Shown piece after piece: positions 30,458 through 38,386 of a stretch of DNA of 64,000 bases; the stretch's first letter is position 1; each line of letters begins with the position of its first letter. The DNA lies in IMG/VR virus record IMGVR_UViG_3300025141_000016, positions 62,001 to 126,000 of that record; one strand, given 5' to 3'. Below the pieces are notes generated by a model, which saw only the letters and a list, made by a program, of their open reading frames with translations, was not told where the DNA came from and made no database searches. Made by a program: the position numbers and the translations under genes.

Positions 30458-31822
30458 ATGAAGATCGCCATCGTTTCGGCCCGGAAGCATTGTAAGAGCC
30501 ACATCACTGCTCTACGCAGGGATGGCTATGATGTTCGCTGCTTGGGGGCCTCCCCAACCAAGATCCCCCCGTCCTACGAGGTGGTGGTCATGCGAACGTC
30601 CTCTTGTTCCCATGGGGGATCCGCTACGGTTCTCTCGTGGTCACGGGAGACAGGTCGTCCTCTCATCGTCCACGATGGGTTATCCAGCATCCGGCGTGAC
30701 CTAAAGGCCCTGAACGGCCAAAACGGGGCTCCGATCCCCTCCCCCCGGATACCTCGCTCCCCGGCAAAGGTGCGTAAGGATCTGATGGAGTGGACTGCCA
30801 CCCTTCGACTAACGCACCCTGATTGGTCCCGCTGGAAAGCGGAAGCGACCCTTCAAGAGACGTTACGAGCGCAGATACCCGATGTAGGCTCCGAGTGTTT
30901 GGGAATGATTCCGCAAGTGCTGGATGAGTTCTTTGAGTGCTTGGAGCCTATTCCCCCCACCCCCCCAACACCCACGTCAAAGGAACAAGCACCAATGCTG
31001 ACTCCACCGACCCCACGCGGTCCTTTCCCCCACGAAGCCAAATGGGCAACCCTCTACACGGCCCCCAAGTTGGAGGGGGCGTTCCATGAGGCATCCCACA
31101 TCATTGAAGGGCTGACGGACAACAAGAAGAAGAAGTTTGCTCGCCTCTACTTGGCGTGTGAGTCGCCGGGAGTGCGGGAGGGCGACTACACCGCATTGGC
31201 GAAGGTTTCCCCCACACCGTCCAGAAAGTCGATCTTCGCCGGGAAGCCCCTCACCTACACGGCGTTCGTCTATCTCCTGTACCCCAAAAACCACGCAGCG
31301 AAAAAGCGTACTTTCTTCCTCACCTACCGGCACCTGACCGGCAAGGGAATGGATACCCGCATCCCTGATGCGGTGTCGTGGTTCCTGGGTCACCCCGAGC
31401 CCGTCAAGGCTGTGGCTGCTGTCAAGGGCGAGGCTACCAAGGCCCGGACGGTATCAGCAGAGACGCGGCGTGCCGAGCGGGACACTGTTCGCAGCGTCGG
31501 CCCCCAGGATCTCGGGGCCTCCCGTTCCTTGCGGGTCCAGGGGACCGAAGACGTGCCCAGGCCCCCCTCGGATACTCTCGCTGCCGAGGTCAAAGAACAC
31601 GCTGACTTCATCCTCTCGATGGTGGAGGAGATCGACACCTTGAAGGGTGCGGTGGCTGGGTTGCAGCAGGAGTTGACGGAGGGTCTGGTGGACCTTGGCA
31701 AGACGCTCCGCGAGGGATCCGTGGCTCCCCCCCAGACCGACCCGTTCGCCAGCCTGGAGAGCCTGAAAGAACGTCTCCGTGACTTCGGCTTCCGGGGCAC
31801 CCTGACCCTCACCATTGAGTGA
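30458..31822 (+). CDS. Protein with N-terminal DUF2325-like alpha/beta domain
   Basis: VVVMRTSSCSH...GRPLIVHDGLSSIRRDL; C-terminal coiled coil. Confidence 0.5.
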   Translation: MKIAIVSARKHCKSHITALRRDGYDVRCLGASPTKIPPSYEVVVMRTSSCSHGGSATVLSWSRETGRPLIVHDGLSSIRRDLKALNGQNGAPIPSPRIPRSPAKVRKDLMEWTATLRLTHPDWSRWKAEATLQETLRAQIPDVGSECLGMIPQVLDEFFECLEPIPPTPPTPTSKEQAPMLTPPTPRGPFPHEAKWATLYTAPKLEGAFHEASHIIEGLTDNKKKKFARLYLACESPGVREGDYTALAKVSPTPSRKSIFAGKPLTYTAFVYLLYPKNHAAKKRTFFLTYRHLTGKGMDTRIPDAVSWFLGHPEPVKAVAAVKGEATKARTVSAETRRAERDTVRSVGPQDLGASRSLRVQGTEDVPRPPSDTLAAEVKEHADFILSMVEEIDTLKGAVAGLQQELTEGLVDLGKTLREGSVAPPQTDPFASLESLKERLRDFGFRGTLTLTIE

Positions 31823-31902
31823 CCGTCCCGCTTCTCGACAAGGAGAAAGATGGAGGCGGCGGGTAGGGTGCCTTGGAAGCCCCCAACGGGAGGAGAACCC
31901 TA

Positions 31903-32307
31903 ATGCCCAGAGGCAAGATCAAACGAATCGCCAATACCGAGCAGAAGTTCGGTGCCAATGCCGAATACTTGTTCCTCAAAGTCCAAGCGGATTGGGACGC
32001 GGACGCGGAGGAGTACCTGCTCCTCACCGACCATGAGTATGACGAGGCCCTGGAGCGTTCGGGCAAGAACCCCGAAGACCTCCCCAGACTTTCACGCGGG
32101 GAGTTCACTCGGGTAGACAACACCCAGCGCAAGTTCGGTGCCGACTCCTACTACGTCGCCATCCGGGTGAAGCCCGAGGGAGGCGGCAAGTGGGCCACTC
32201 TCCTGTTCACCGAGGAAGGGCTCGACCGCATCCGCGAGCGCGTCCAGAAGAACGCCGAAGACATTGAGGCAAACAGGGAAAGCTGGTTGGCCGACCTGTT
32301 CGATTGA
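31903..32307 (+). CDS. Hypothetical protein made of two tandem ~60-aa repeats
   Basis: RGxxxRxxNTxxKFGAxxxY...LLxT...ERxxKNxED occurs twice. Confidence 0.75.
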   Translation: MPRGKIKRIANTEQKFGANAEYLFLKVQADWDADAEEYLLLTDHEYDEALERSGKNPEDLPRLSRGEFTRVDNTQRKFGADSYYVAIRVKPEGGGKWATLLFTEEGLDRIRERVQKNAEDIEANRESWLADLFD

Positions 32308-32330
32308 GTCAGACTCCCCCCGAGGATAAG

Positions 32331-32367
32331 AGAAAAGCCCCGACCGGACTCCGGTCGGGGCTTTTCT
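32331..32367. terminator. Bidirectional intrinsic terminator
   Basis: Perfect inverted repeat AGAAAAGCCCCGACCGGA-C-TCCGGTCGGGGCTTTTCT. Confidence 0.8.
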
Positions 32368-32421
32368 AATGGGGGGTGGGGTAGACAGATCAACGGGTAC
32401 ATCAAATACGGAGAGGTGGAA

Positions 32422-32730
32422 ATGAGCCAGAAGTCGAAGTGGGTGGAAACCTCTTATTTGGTAGGGGGTGAAGAGATCGTCCTCCCCCTCCGATGCTGCA
32501 TCGAGGCCCGGAAGAACCGTATCCGCACCATCCTTCAACAGTACAACGAGGCTCGGGACGAGTGGGGAAAGGTGTTCCAGAGCCAGTGGGTAGCTTCCCC
32601 CAACGCACACCGAGTCCGTGGGAGCCAACTGGATGAAGCGGCCTTCGTGATCGCGGATACGATTGAGGACGTGGTGGGAGAAGAGGTGCTACAGAACCTT
32701 GGTCGCGGACACAAGATCAGCGCCGGGTAG
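32422..32730 (+). CDS. Hypothetical protein
   Basis: GAGG RBS; about 102 aa. Confidence 0.55.
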   Translation: MSQKSKWVETSYLVGGEEIVLPLRCCIEARKNRIRTILQQYNEARDEWGKVFQSQWVASPNAHRVRGSQLDEAAFVIADTIEDVVGEEVLQNLGRGHKISAG

Positions 32731-32926
32731 CAGCCAGCAACTCCACACAAACCTTGTACCCTTCCTTTGTGGAGTCACCGCTCTCGGCCATGCAGTCCAT
32801 GACCGCGTAGCGGAACTCGTCCTGGGGACGTACATACAGGCAGTACCACACCACCATCGCTACGAGGACAAGGATGAAGGGCACCACCGTATCCTTCATG
32901 TTTTCCATCAAGTCAGTCTTTGTCAT
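32717..32926 (-). CDS. Small single-pass membrane protein
   Basis: TM segment VVPFILVLVAMVVWYCLYV; GGAGG RBS; directly behind a class E motif. Confidence 0.7.
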   Translation of the reverse strand: MTKTDLMENMKDTVVPFILVLVAMVVWYCLYVRPQDEFRYAVMDCMAESGDSTKEGYKVCVELLAATRR

Positions 32927-32942
32927 GTCAACACCTCCGACC

Positions 32943-32976
32943 CCTATACGGAGATAGGGGGGCGAGTTGAACCCCC
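32943..32976 (-). promoter_or_regulatory. Class E (putative early) promoter TTCAAC-N15-CGTA
   Basis: The reverse complement reads GGGGGTTCAACTCGCCCCCCTATCTCCGTATAGG, oriented with the minus-strand gene. Confidence 0.8.
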
Positions 32977-33028
32977 GTCGCCCAGGTTTTTTCAGAAAAC
33001 CTCTCGGACGACAGATGGGGCTGACCCC

Positions 33029-33421
33029 TTACTTCAAGGCCCCGCTCACGAGTGCCTTGAAGAAGATGGCCCCAAAGGTGCCCACGAGTTTTCCAGCCTT
33101 GGTGGCAGCCTGTCGAGCCGACTTCCGTTGCTGGCACTCGGCGTTCTGGAGGAGAGCGACGGCATCGCTCGCTGTCCGGGGGTTTGCCCAGTCAATGTCA
33201 GCGGGCTCCCCTCGTAGGAGTTTGTTGACCTCACGCTTGGCGACCTTGACCCCCTCGGGACCGAGTTCTTCCACGGCATCGGCCATGAGCGAGAACACGA
33301 GTTTCTTCGTGGGGTCATCAGCATCGGTGGCGAGATCGGAGAGTTCTTTCTCGGCCTTGGAGACAGCGGCGGCTCCGAGGATGGGGATGAGTGCTTCCAG
33401 GGTGTTGGCTATGTCGGACAT
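33029..33421 (-). CDS. Hypothetical protein with C-terminal hydrophobic segment
   Basis: 130 aa, follows the lipoprotein gene. Confidence 0.65.
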   Translation of the reverse strand: MSDIANTLEALIPILGAAAVSKAEKELSDLATDADDPTKKLVFSLMADAVEELGPEGVKVAKREVNKLLRGEPADIDWANPRTASDAVALLQNAECQQRKSARQAATKAGKLVGTFGAIFFKALVSGALK

Positions 33422-33424
33422 GGG

Positions 33425-33823
33425 CTAATCCTCCTCGGTGGCGGAATCAATGTCAGATTCGGTGGGCGCTGCGGGCAGCGGGCACATGGGGGAGGGAATG
33501 GCGGGGGGTAGCCCAGCGGGCTCCACTTCAACGAGCCCACCATTGTAGAGGCTCATCTGCTTGTGCCACTCATGGCGGTACTCGACCGTCAGCACATAGT
33601 CGGCGGCTTCTTCGCACTTCACTTCGTTGAACTGCGGTCCCTCTGCATCGGATTCGCAAGTACAGTGTTCCTCGATGAAGCCGCGTAGGTACTTCGCTTG
33701 CTGGACGGCCCAGTTGTCGTACTGGTTGATTTCGGCCTGATAGGTGTTGGCATCACGCAGTACATAGCGGTGACCACAACCTCCCAGGAGAGTGAAAAGG
33801 AGGAGGATGGTGAGGTTTTTCAT
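33425..33823 (-). CDS. Lipoprotein
   Basis: Signal peptide II MKNLTILLLFTLLGG|C; AGGAG RBS. Confidence 0.75.
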   Translation of the reverse strand: MKNLTILLLFTLLGGCGHRYVLRDANTYQAEINQYDNWAVQQAKYLRGFIEEHCTCESDAEGPQFNEVKCEEAADYVLTVEYRHEWHKQMSLYNGGLVEVEPAGLPPAIPSPMCPLPAAPTESDIDSATEED

Positions 33824-33962
33824 GTGGGATCTCCTGTAGTTGCATCGAGGGGGACTATACCGGGCAACGAGAGTTTTGCGGCGAAGAAAGGCGGAACGGG
33901 GGTGTGGTATCCCACCACCCCGCTGATCCCGCTGGTCCTAAATGTGACTTTTTTCGTTTGGG

Positions 33963-33997
33963 GGGGGGTTCAACTCGCCCCCCTATCTCCGTATGGG
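33963..33997 (+). promoter_or_regulatory. Class E promoter
   Basis: GGGGGGTTCAACTCGCCCCCCTATCTCCGTATGG. Confidence 0.8.
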
Positions 33998-34041
33998 GGT
34001 GAACCGCGTGACCCATGCCCCGTAGGGGGCCAGGAGCATCT

Positions 34042-34500
34042 GTGATTATCTCCCCCGATTCCTACCTTTTCACCGAGGACGGCACTTATCTTTGGTCGGT
34101 GCCTCGCGTCAAGGCGGCGTGGAACTCTGCCCGTACAGAGTTCCAGCGCGTCCTTTCGTGGCCGGTCAAGCCCTCCAAGGTCGTGCTCCTCATGGGGATG
34201 CCTGCCAGTGGTAAGTCCACTTGGCTCGCAGAGCACGAGGATGAGACGGTCCTCTACTTCGATGCTTGCCTTGACCTTCCGTGGAAGCGGGAGCCGTTCA
34301 TCAAGCAGGCTCGCGCTATGGGCATCTCTGTCGAGGTCGTGTGGTTCTGCACCCCTTTGGAGGTGTGCATCGAGCGCAACGCGGCACGGTCCCCAGACCG
34401 CCAAGTACCGGCAGACGTAATCCGAGCGATGGCTCGGAAGATCGCTTCCTCCCCTCCCACGGAAGGCGAAGGATTCGCCCTTATCCGCTGGGAGGGCTGA
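34042..34500 (+). CDS. P-loop polynucleotide-kinase-like (AAA_33) protein
   Basis: LLMGMPASGKSTW, FDA, PLEVCIERNAAR...VPADVI. GTG 34042 follows an AGGAG RBS (alternative ATG 34015). Confidence 0.8.
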   Translation: MIISPDSYLFTEDGTYLWSVPRVKAAWNSARTEFQRVLSWPVKPSKVVLLMGMPASGKSTWLAEHEDETVLYFDACLDLPWKREPFIKQARAMGISVEVVWFCTPLEVCIERNAARSPDRQVPADVIRAMARKIASSPPTEGEGFALIRWEG

Positions 34501-34513
34501 CTTTCTTTCCCCA

Positions 34514-34548
34514 GGGGGGTTCAACTACCCCTGGTATCTCCGTATAGG
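34514..34548 (+). promoter_or_regulatory. Class E promoter
   Basis: GGGGGGTTCAACTACCCCTGGTATCTCCGTATAGG. Confidence 0.8.
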
Positions 34549-34616
34549 AGTGAGGCCCAAGCCTCCCTTCCCTTTTCCCACGAGCCCGACTGACGGGCCA
34601 ATGGAGACAAGACATT

Positions 34617-35747
34617 ATGGCTATCACCTACCGTAACCCCACCAACTACGACGGCACCCCCAAGCCCACCTACGAGGGGTGCGTCCTGTCCACTCACGTT
34701 GAGCGGGACCGGCGCATCATGTCCGACGTATGGGCAGATTGCTTCTATGCCGAAGTCTGGACCGGGACCGAGGTCATCGAAGTGAGTTTGGGCGCGAACC
34801 ATGTCTCTAATGGTGTGGACAACGCGGACACAGATGCGACCGATGAGGTCAAGGTGCTGGTCGCTGCGTGGCGCGAGGCCAAGGCCGAAGCGGCTCGATT
34901 GGAATGGGAAGCCAAGGCTCCCGAGCGTGAGGCGGCTCGCATCAAGGCCGAAGCAGCGGCAACGAAGAAGGCCGTCCGCGAAGCCAAGGCATACCTCAAT
35001 GACCCCACCAAAGGCGACCGGGTAGTGGTTGCACGTCGGCGTGGACGCAACGCCCCTCCCAAGGGAACCGAGGGCGAGGTCTTCTGGACTGGCACCAGTG
35101 GTGATTTCGGAACCCCCCGCGTTGGCTTCAAGGATGATGCAGGTGAAACCCACTGGACCACCGCAGGCAACTGCGATGTAGTCCTGCCGGGTCTTGCCGC
35201 TGGCGAAACCCCTTCCGAGGGATGGGTGGCCTACGCTGACCGCATTCGCGGAGAGCGCAAGGTTGCGGGTGACAAGATCACCGCTGATAGGAAGACCAAG
35301 GCCGAGGCTGACCTCGCCACCCTCCCAGCGATAGGCACCTGGGTCTGCTTGAAGGACGATCAAGCTGTCATCGGCAAGGTGTTCTGGCGGGGCATCACCA
35401 AGAAGGGCCAAGGTCAGGCTCGCATCGGATTCAAAATCCGCAAAAAGGACCGGGATGCTTCCTGGGCTGGGATCGGTGAGTTCGTTGTTCTGACCGGCGA
35501 CCCTCGCAAGAGGGGTGTGCCTGTGGCGGCGTTGGATGCGGTCAAGCCGGACCCCACCAACACCTACGCGGACCCCGCTCCTGTGGTCGAGGCCCCCCTT
35601 CCTCTCGCTCACCTTCCTGCTCCTTTCAACAAGATTGTGGGCGTGGACGGTGAGGGGACCGCCTATGGCGAGCATGGCGAAGTCATCGTCACGCTGACCC
35701 CCGACGCTGCATCCCAGATTGCGGCACTGTTGAGAGGTGTCGCATGA
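34617..35747 (+). CDS. Hypothetical protein with two SH3/KOW-like beta domains and shared C-terminal LPxPF domain
   Basis: Repeated GxVFWxG...RVGFK / GKVFWRG...RIGFK; C-terminus LPAPFNKIVGVDGEGTAYGEHGEVIVTL. Confidence 0.7.
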   Translation: MAITYRNPTNYDGTPKPTYEGCVLSTHVERDRRIMSDVWADCFYAEVWTGTEVIEVSLGANHVSNGVDNADTDATDEVKVLVAAWREAKAEAARLEWEAKAPEREAARIKAEAAATKKAVREAKAYLNDPTKGDRVVVARRRGRNAPPKGTEGEVFWTGTSGDFGTPRVGFKDDAGETHWTTAGNCDVVLPGLAAGETPSEGWVAYADRIRGERKVAGDKITADRKTKAEADLATLPAIGTWVCLKDDQAVIGKVFWRGITKKGQGQARIGFKIRKKDRDASWAGIGEFVVLTGDPRKRGVPVAALDAVKPDPTNTYADPAPVVEAPLPLAHLPAPFNKIVGVDGEGTAYGEHGEVIVTLTPDAASQIAALLRGVA

Positions 35748-35932
35748 TCCTCCGACACTTGGCGGCGTTCCTTCACCGTGCTCGATGTGACCGACAGGTG
35801 CTTATCCCCATGCTCGACAAGTTGTCAGAGCAGGAGCAACAAGCCCTGTGGCGACTTCTCCAGAATGTCGAGGCCGATGCGAAACAGGCGGGTGCCCGTG
35901 AGGGTGCCCGCCAACCGTGGAGGCACATGTGA
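35744..35932 (+). CDS. Small hypothetical protein
   Basis: ATGA coupling; GAGG RBS. Confidence 0.55.
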   Translation: MILRHLAAFLHRARCDRQVLIPMLDKLSEQEQQALWRLLQNVEADAKQAGAREGARQPWRHM

Positions 35933-35934
35933 GT

Positions 35935-36231
35935 ATGATTATCACTGTGAAAACCCAGGCTGCTGGAGCCCTCCCTCGGACGTGTTCGGGAGAAATGCTC
36001 GGTGTCAGACGGGGGATGGGGAGGCTTTTCCTCCTGACAAACCCGTATGGACACTGCCATCGCGAGGGCAAGCCCCCCATGCGGCTTGCCTTGGTGGACG
36101 ACCACAATCAGACCATCTACATCTGGTACTGCGACAAGGCCCCGCGTTGGGCACAGAAGATGCTGGACTCCTACAACACCCGCACGGGGCGGGCCTCCGA
36201 GGCCCCACCCATCGGAGAGCACCATGAGTAA
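35935..36231 (+). CDS. Hypothetical protein
   Basis: Fills the gap in the operon. Confidence 0.45.
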   Translation: MIITVKTQAAGALPRTCSGEMLGVRRGMGRLFLLTNPYGHCHREGKPPMRLALVDDHNQTIYIWYCDKAPRWAQKMLDSYNTRTGRASEAPPIGEHHE

Positions 36232-37096
36232 GATTGACGATCTCATCGAAGGTTGGGCCAAGGGCATGAAGTCCTCGGTTCGTGAAGACCCAGACAAGCC
36301 CCTGGAAGGCTTTGAGGAGTGGACCCTGGACGGGAGCAAGCCCAAGATGGCTTTTGTGCCCGCAGAGTGCCTTGACCCTGCCGACATGTGCGCGAAGGAC
36401 ACGCTGGATGGCCAGCACTGGACTCTCCAGGGACAACCCTTGGAAGCTGCTCATGCCGTTCGTGAGGCTGTCCTCGCCAAGACGGGTCGGCGCTTGAAGG
36501 TGGACTCATGGAAGCCTGTTGCAGCAAAGGTGTTGGGGGTCTCCCGGCTGTTCGCAAAGCGGTGGAAGGGAGTCCTCGATGCTGGCATCGAAGCGGGCTT
36601 GTTTCGTATTGACGACGAGACTCTTTCCTTCCCCATCCTCGTGGCCTTGGACCCCGAGCCTGACATGACCGAGGAAGAGGTCGAGGAGATCGCCACTGGC
36701 ATGTTCGGGTGTCCCCCGAAACCAGAGGTCGAGGATGCCTACATCTACACCCCTCCCGAGAACTGGAACCCCCCTCACACCCTACCGGAGTGTGGGCACA
36801 TGTCCTTTGGGACCAAAGAGGAGCACGAAGCCGCCCACGCCGAGGGGAAGTGCTGCGCCAACTGGAAGCAGGGAACCGTCAACTGGCAGGTGAAGGGGTT
36901 GCACACCCCGGTTCCCCTGAACCGAAGGCGAACGGTCGAAAAGGACGAAGGCTCTGGCTGGCCTGGGCTGTGCTGTGACTCCGAAACGGGGCTCTACATC
37001 GGGGGCCTCGGTAACAACTGCCGCCATTACCACGAAGGACCGGAACGGTGCGTGGTCCATGGGCGGAAGAAAGGGGCCAAGCGCAAGAAGAAATAG
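36224..37096 (+). CDS. Hypothetical protein with Cys/His-rich C-terminal region
   Basis: ATG 36224 after GGAGAG; CGH, CC, CC, CxH, CVVH. Confidence 0.65.
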   Translation: MSKIDDLIEGWAKGMKSSVREDPDKPLEGFEEWTLDGSKPKMAFVPAECLDPADMCAKDTLDGQHWTLQGQPLEAAHAVREAVLAKTGRRLKVDSWKPVAAKVLGVSRLFAKRWKGVLDAGIEAGLFRIDDETLSFPILVALDPEPDMTEEEVEEIATGMFGCPPKPEVEDAYIYTPPENWNPPHTLPECGHMSFGTKEEHEAAHAEGKCCANWKQGTVNWQVKGLHTPVPLNRRRTVEKDEGSGWPGLCCDSETGLYIGGLGNNCRHYHEGPERCVVHGRKKGAKRKKK

Positions 37097-37121
37097 GTGC
37101 GGTAGCACCACCATCATGGAG

Positions 37122-37176
37122 AGGGCCGATAGGCGCTCGCTGCCTTTTGTGGCGGTAGAGCGGCTATCGGCCCTTT
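37122..37176 (+). terminator. Long hairpin (probable terminator) overlapping a class L motif
   Basis: Outer stem AGGGCCGATAG/CTATCGGCCCT; inner CGCTC/GAGCG and GCTGCC/GGCGGT; followed by TTTCTCT. Confidence 0.55.
37153..37167 (+). promoter_or_regulatory. Class L motif
   Basis: CGGTAGagcggCTAT upstream of the baseplate operon. A CCAT variant lies at 37100-37114. Confidence 0.6.
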
Positions 37177-37198
37177 CTCTGTACGGAGGTCAAGCCCT

Positions 37199-38377
37199 TT
37201 GAGCACCGAAGTCCAAATCGGGTTTCCATGCCCCCACCTCATCGTTGAGGAACCCGTCCCTCTCGGGGAAGATCGTAGGTCGCTGGAGCCCAAGGCCCCT
37301 GTGGCTAACGTGGGAAGTGTTCGCATCCTCATAGACGATGCGCTCTACGTCCCTTCCTCGGGGTTGTATTCCCAAGCACTGCTGCAAGCTGCGCCTGGGC
37401 CTTACCGGATTGAGCGGTGTGTTGGGGTCAAAGGCCCCAACGCTAACGTGCTTACGGTGACGGCATCGGGAGGGACTGTGGAGGTTGCCCTGCCCGTGGG
37501 GAACCGCATCAAGGTGGCCTCCCTGGTGAAGACCTTGAAGCTGGGCGCTCTCAATGATCTTGTCACCATCACTTCCCGCAACGGAGCCATCGCTTTCGGG
37601 GACAGCCAGACCACCGGGGCCAAGTCCTTCATCCGAGTCGAGGGGAAAGGGACAGAGGCTCTGGGCTTCTCCCAACTCGGGGCTCGTGGAGTAGAACTCT
37701 ACCCTGCCTGGGAACTGGTCGCTCGCGAGGGCGTGTACCCAAGCGCCACACCACGCGGTTTGCTTCCCGTCCCTGTTCGATACCCCAGGTTCCGTAAGGC
37801 TGTCCGAGGCAACCCAGACATAAAGGTGACCTACAGCGCGATGCCAGAACGGTGCCCACGGTGTCAGGCTACTTACGTCGAGAATGATTACCGGTTCGAT
37901 CTGGAGGGGGCGGTTATCACCGTCCAGAACGAAGACCTCCTGTACCAAATGTGCCTAAAAGCACTCTTGACCCTCCGAGGGTCCAACCCCTATCACCCGG
38001 CCTATGGCTCACGGATCATGTCGCGGGTGGGCAGGAAACGGATGGCGGCTTCGGCGGCTCTGATCCAAGAGGACGTAATGAGTTGCTTGTCTCGTGTTCA
38101 AAGCGTCCAGAAGCAGCAAAGCCAGTACCAGCAGGTCAAGGACCGGGAACGGCTCTACAAGGTCAGCGGGGTTTCCTTGCGGCCAGCCGTGAGTGACCCC
38201 ACGGTGATTCTCCTCGACGTGGCCGTCACCAACGGGACCAACACCCCTGTCACCCTCAACATCGTTTACTCGGCTCCGGGGGCTATTGCTCTGGCAGGGT
38301 CTAACGGACAGTCCCTTGGGCTGGAAACGTCAGGTATGTCGCGGTCGCAATCTCAACGCTTCTTGCTGGACGGGTAG
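37199..38377 (+). CDS. Baseplate wedge protein with gp25/GPW-like C-terminal domain
   Basis: LYQMCLKALLTLRGSNPYHPAYGSRI, a typical gp25-like motif; CPRC; precedes baseplate J. Confidence 0.75.
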   Translation: MSTEVQIGFPCPHLIVEEPVPLGEDRRSLEPKAPVANVGSVRILIDDALYVPSSGLYSQALLQAAPGPYRIERCVGVKGPNANVLTVTASGGTVEVALPVGNRIKVASLVKTLKLGALNDLVTITSRNGAIAFGDSQTTGAKSFIRVEGKGTEALGFSQLGARGVELYPAWELVAREGVYPSATPRGLLPVPVRYPRFRKAVRGNPDIKVTYSAMPERCPRCQATYVENDYRFDLEGAVITVQNEDLLYQMCLKALLTLRGSNPYHPAYGSRIMSRVGRKRMAASAALIQEDVMSCLSRVQSVQKQQSQYQQVKDRERLYKVSGVSLRPAVSDPTVILLDVAVTNGTNTPVTLNIVYSAPGAIALAGSNGQSLGLETSGMSRSQSQRFLLDG

Positions 38378-38386
38378 AGGTAGTAC

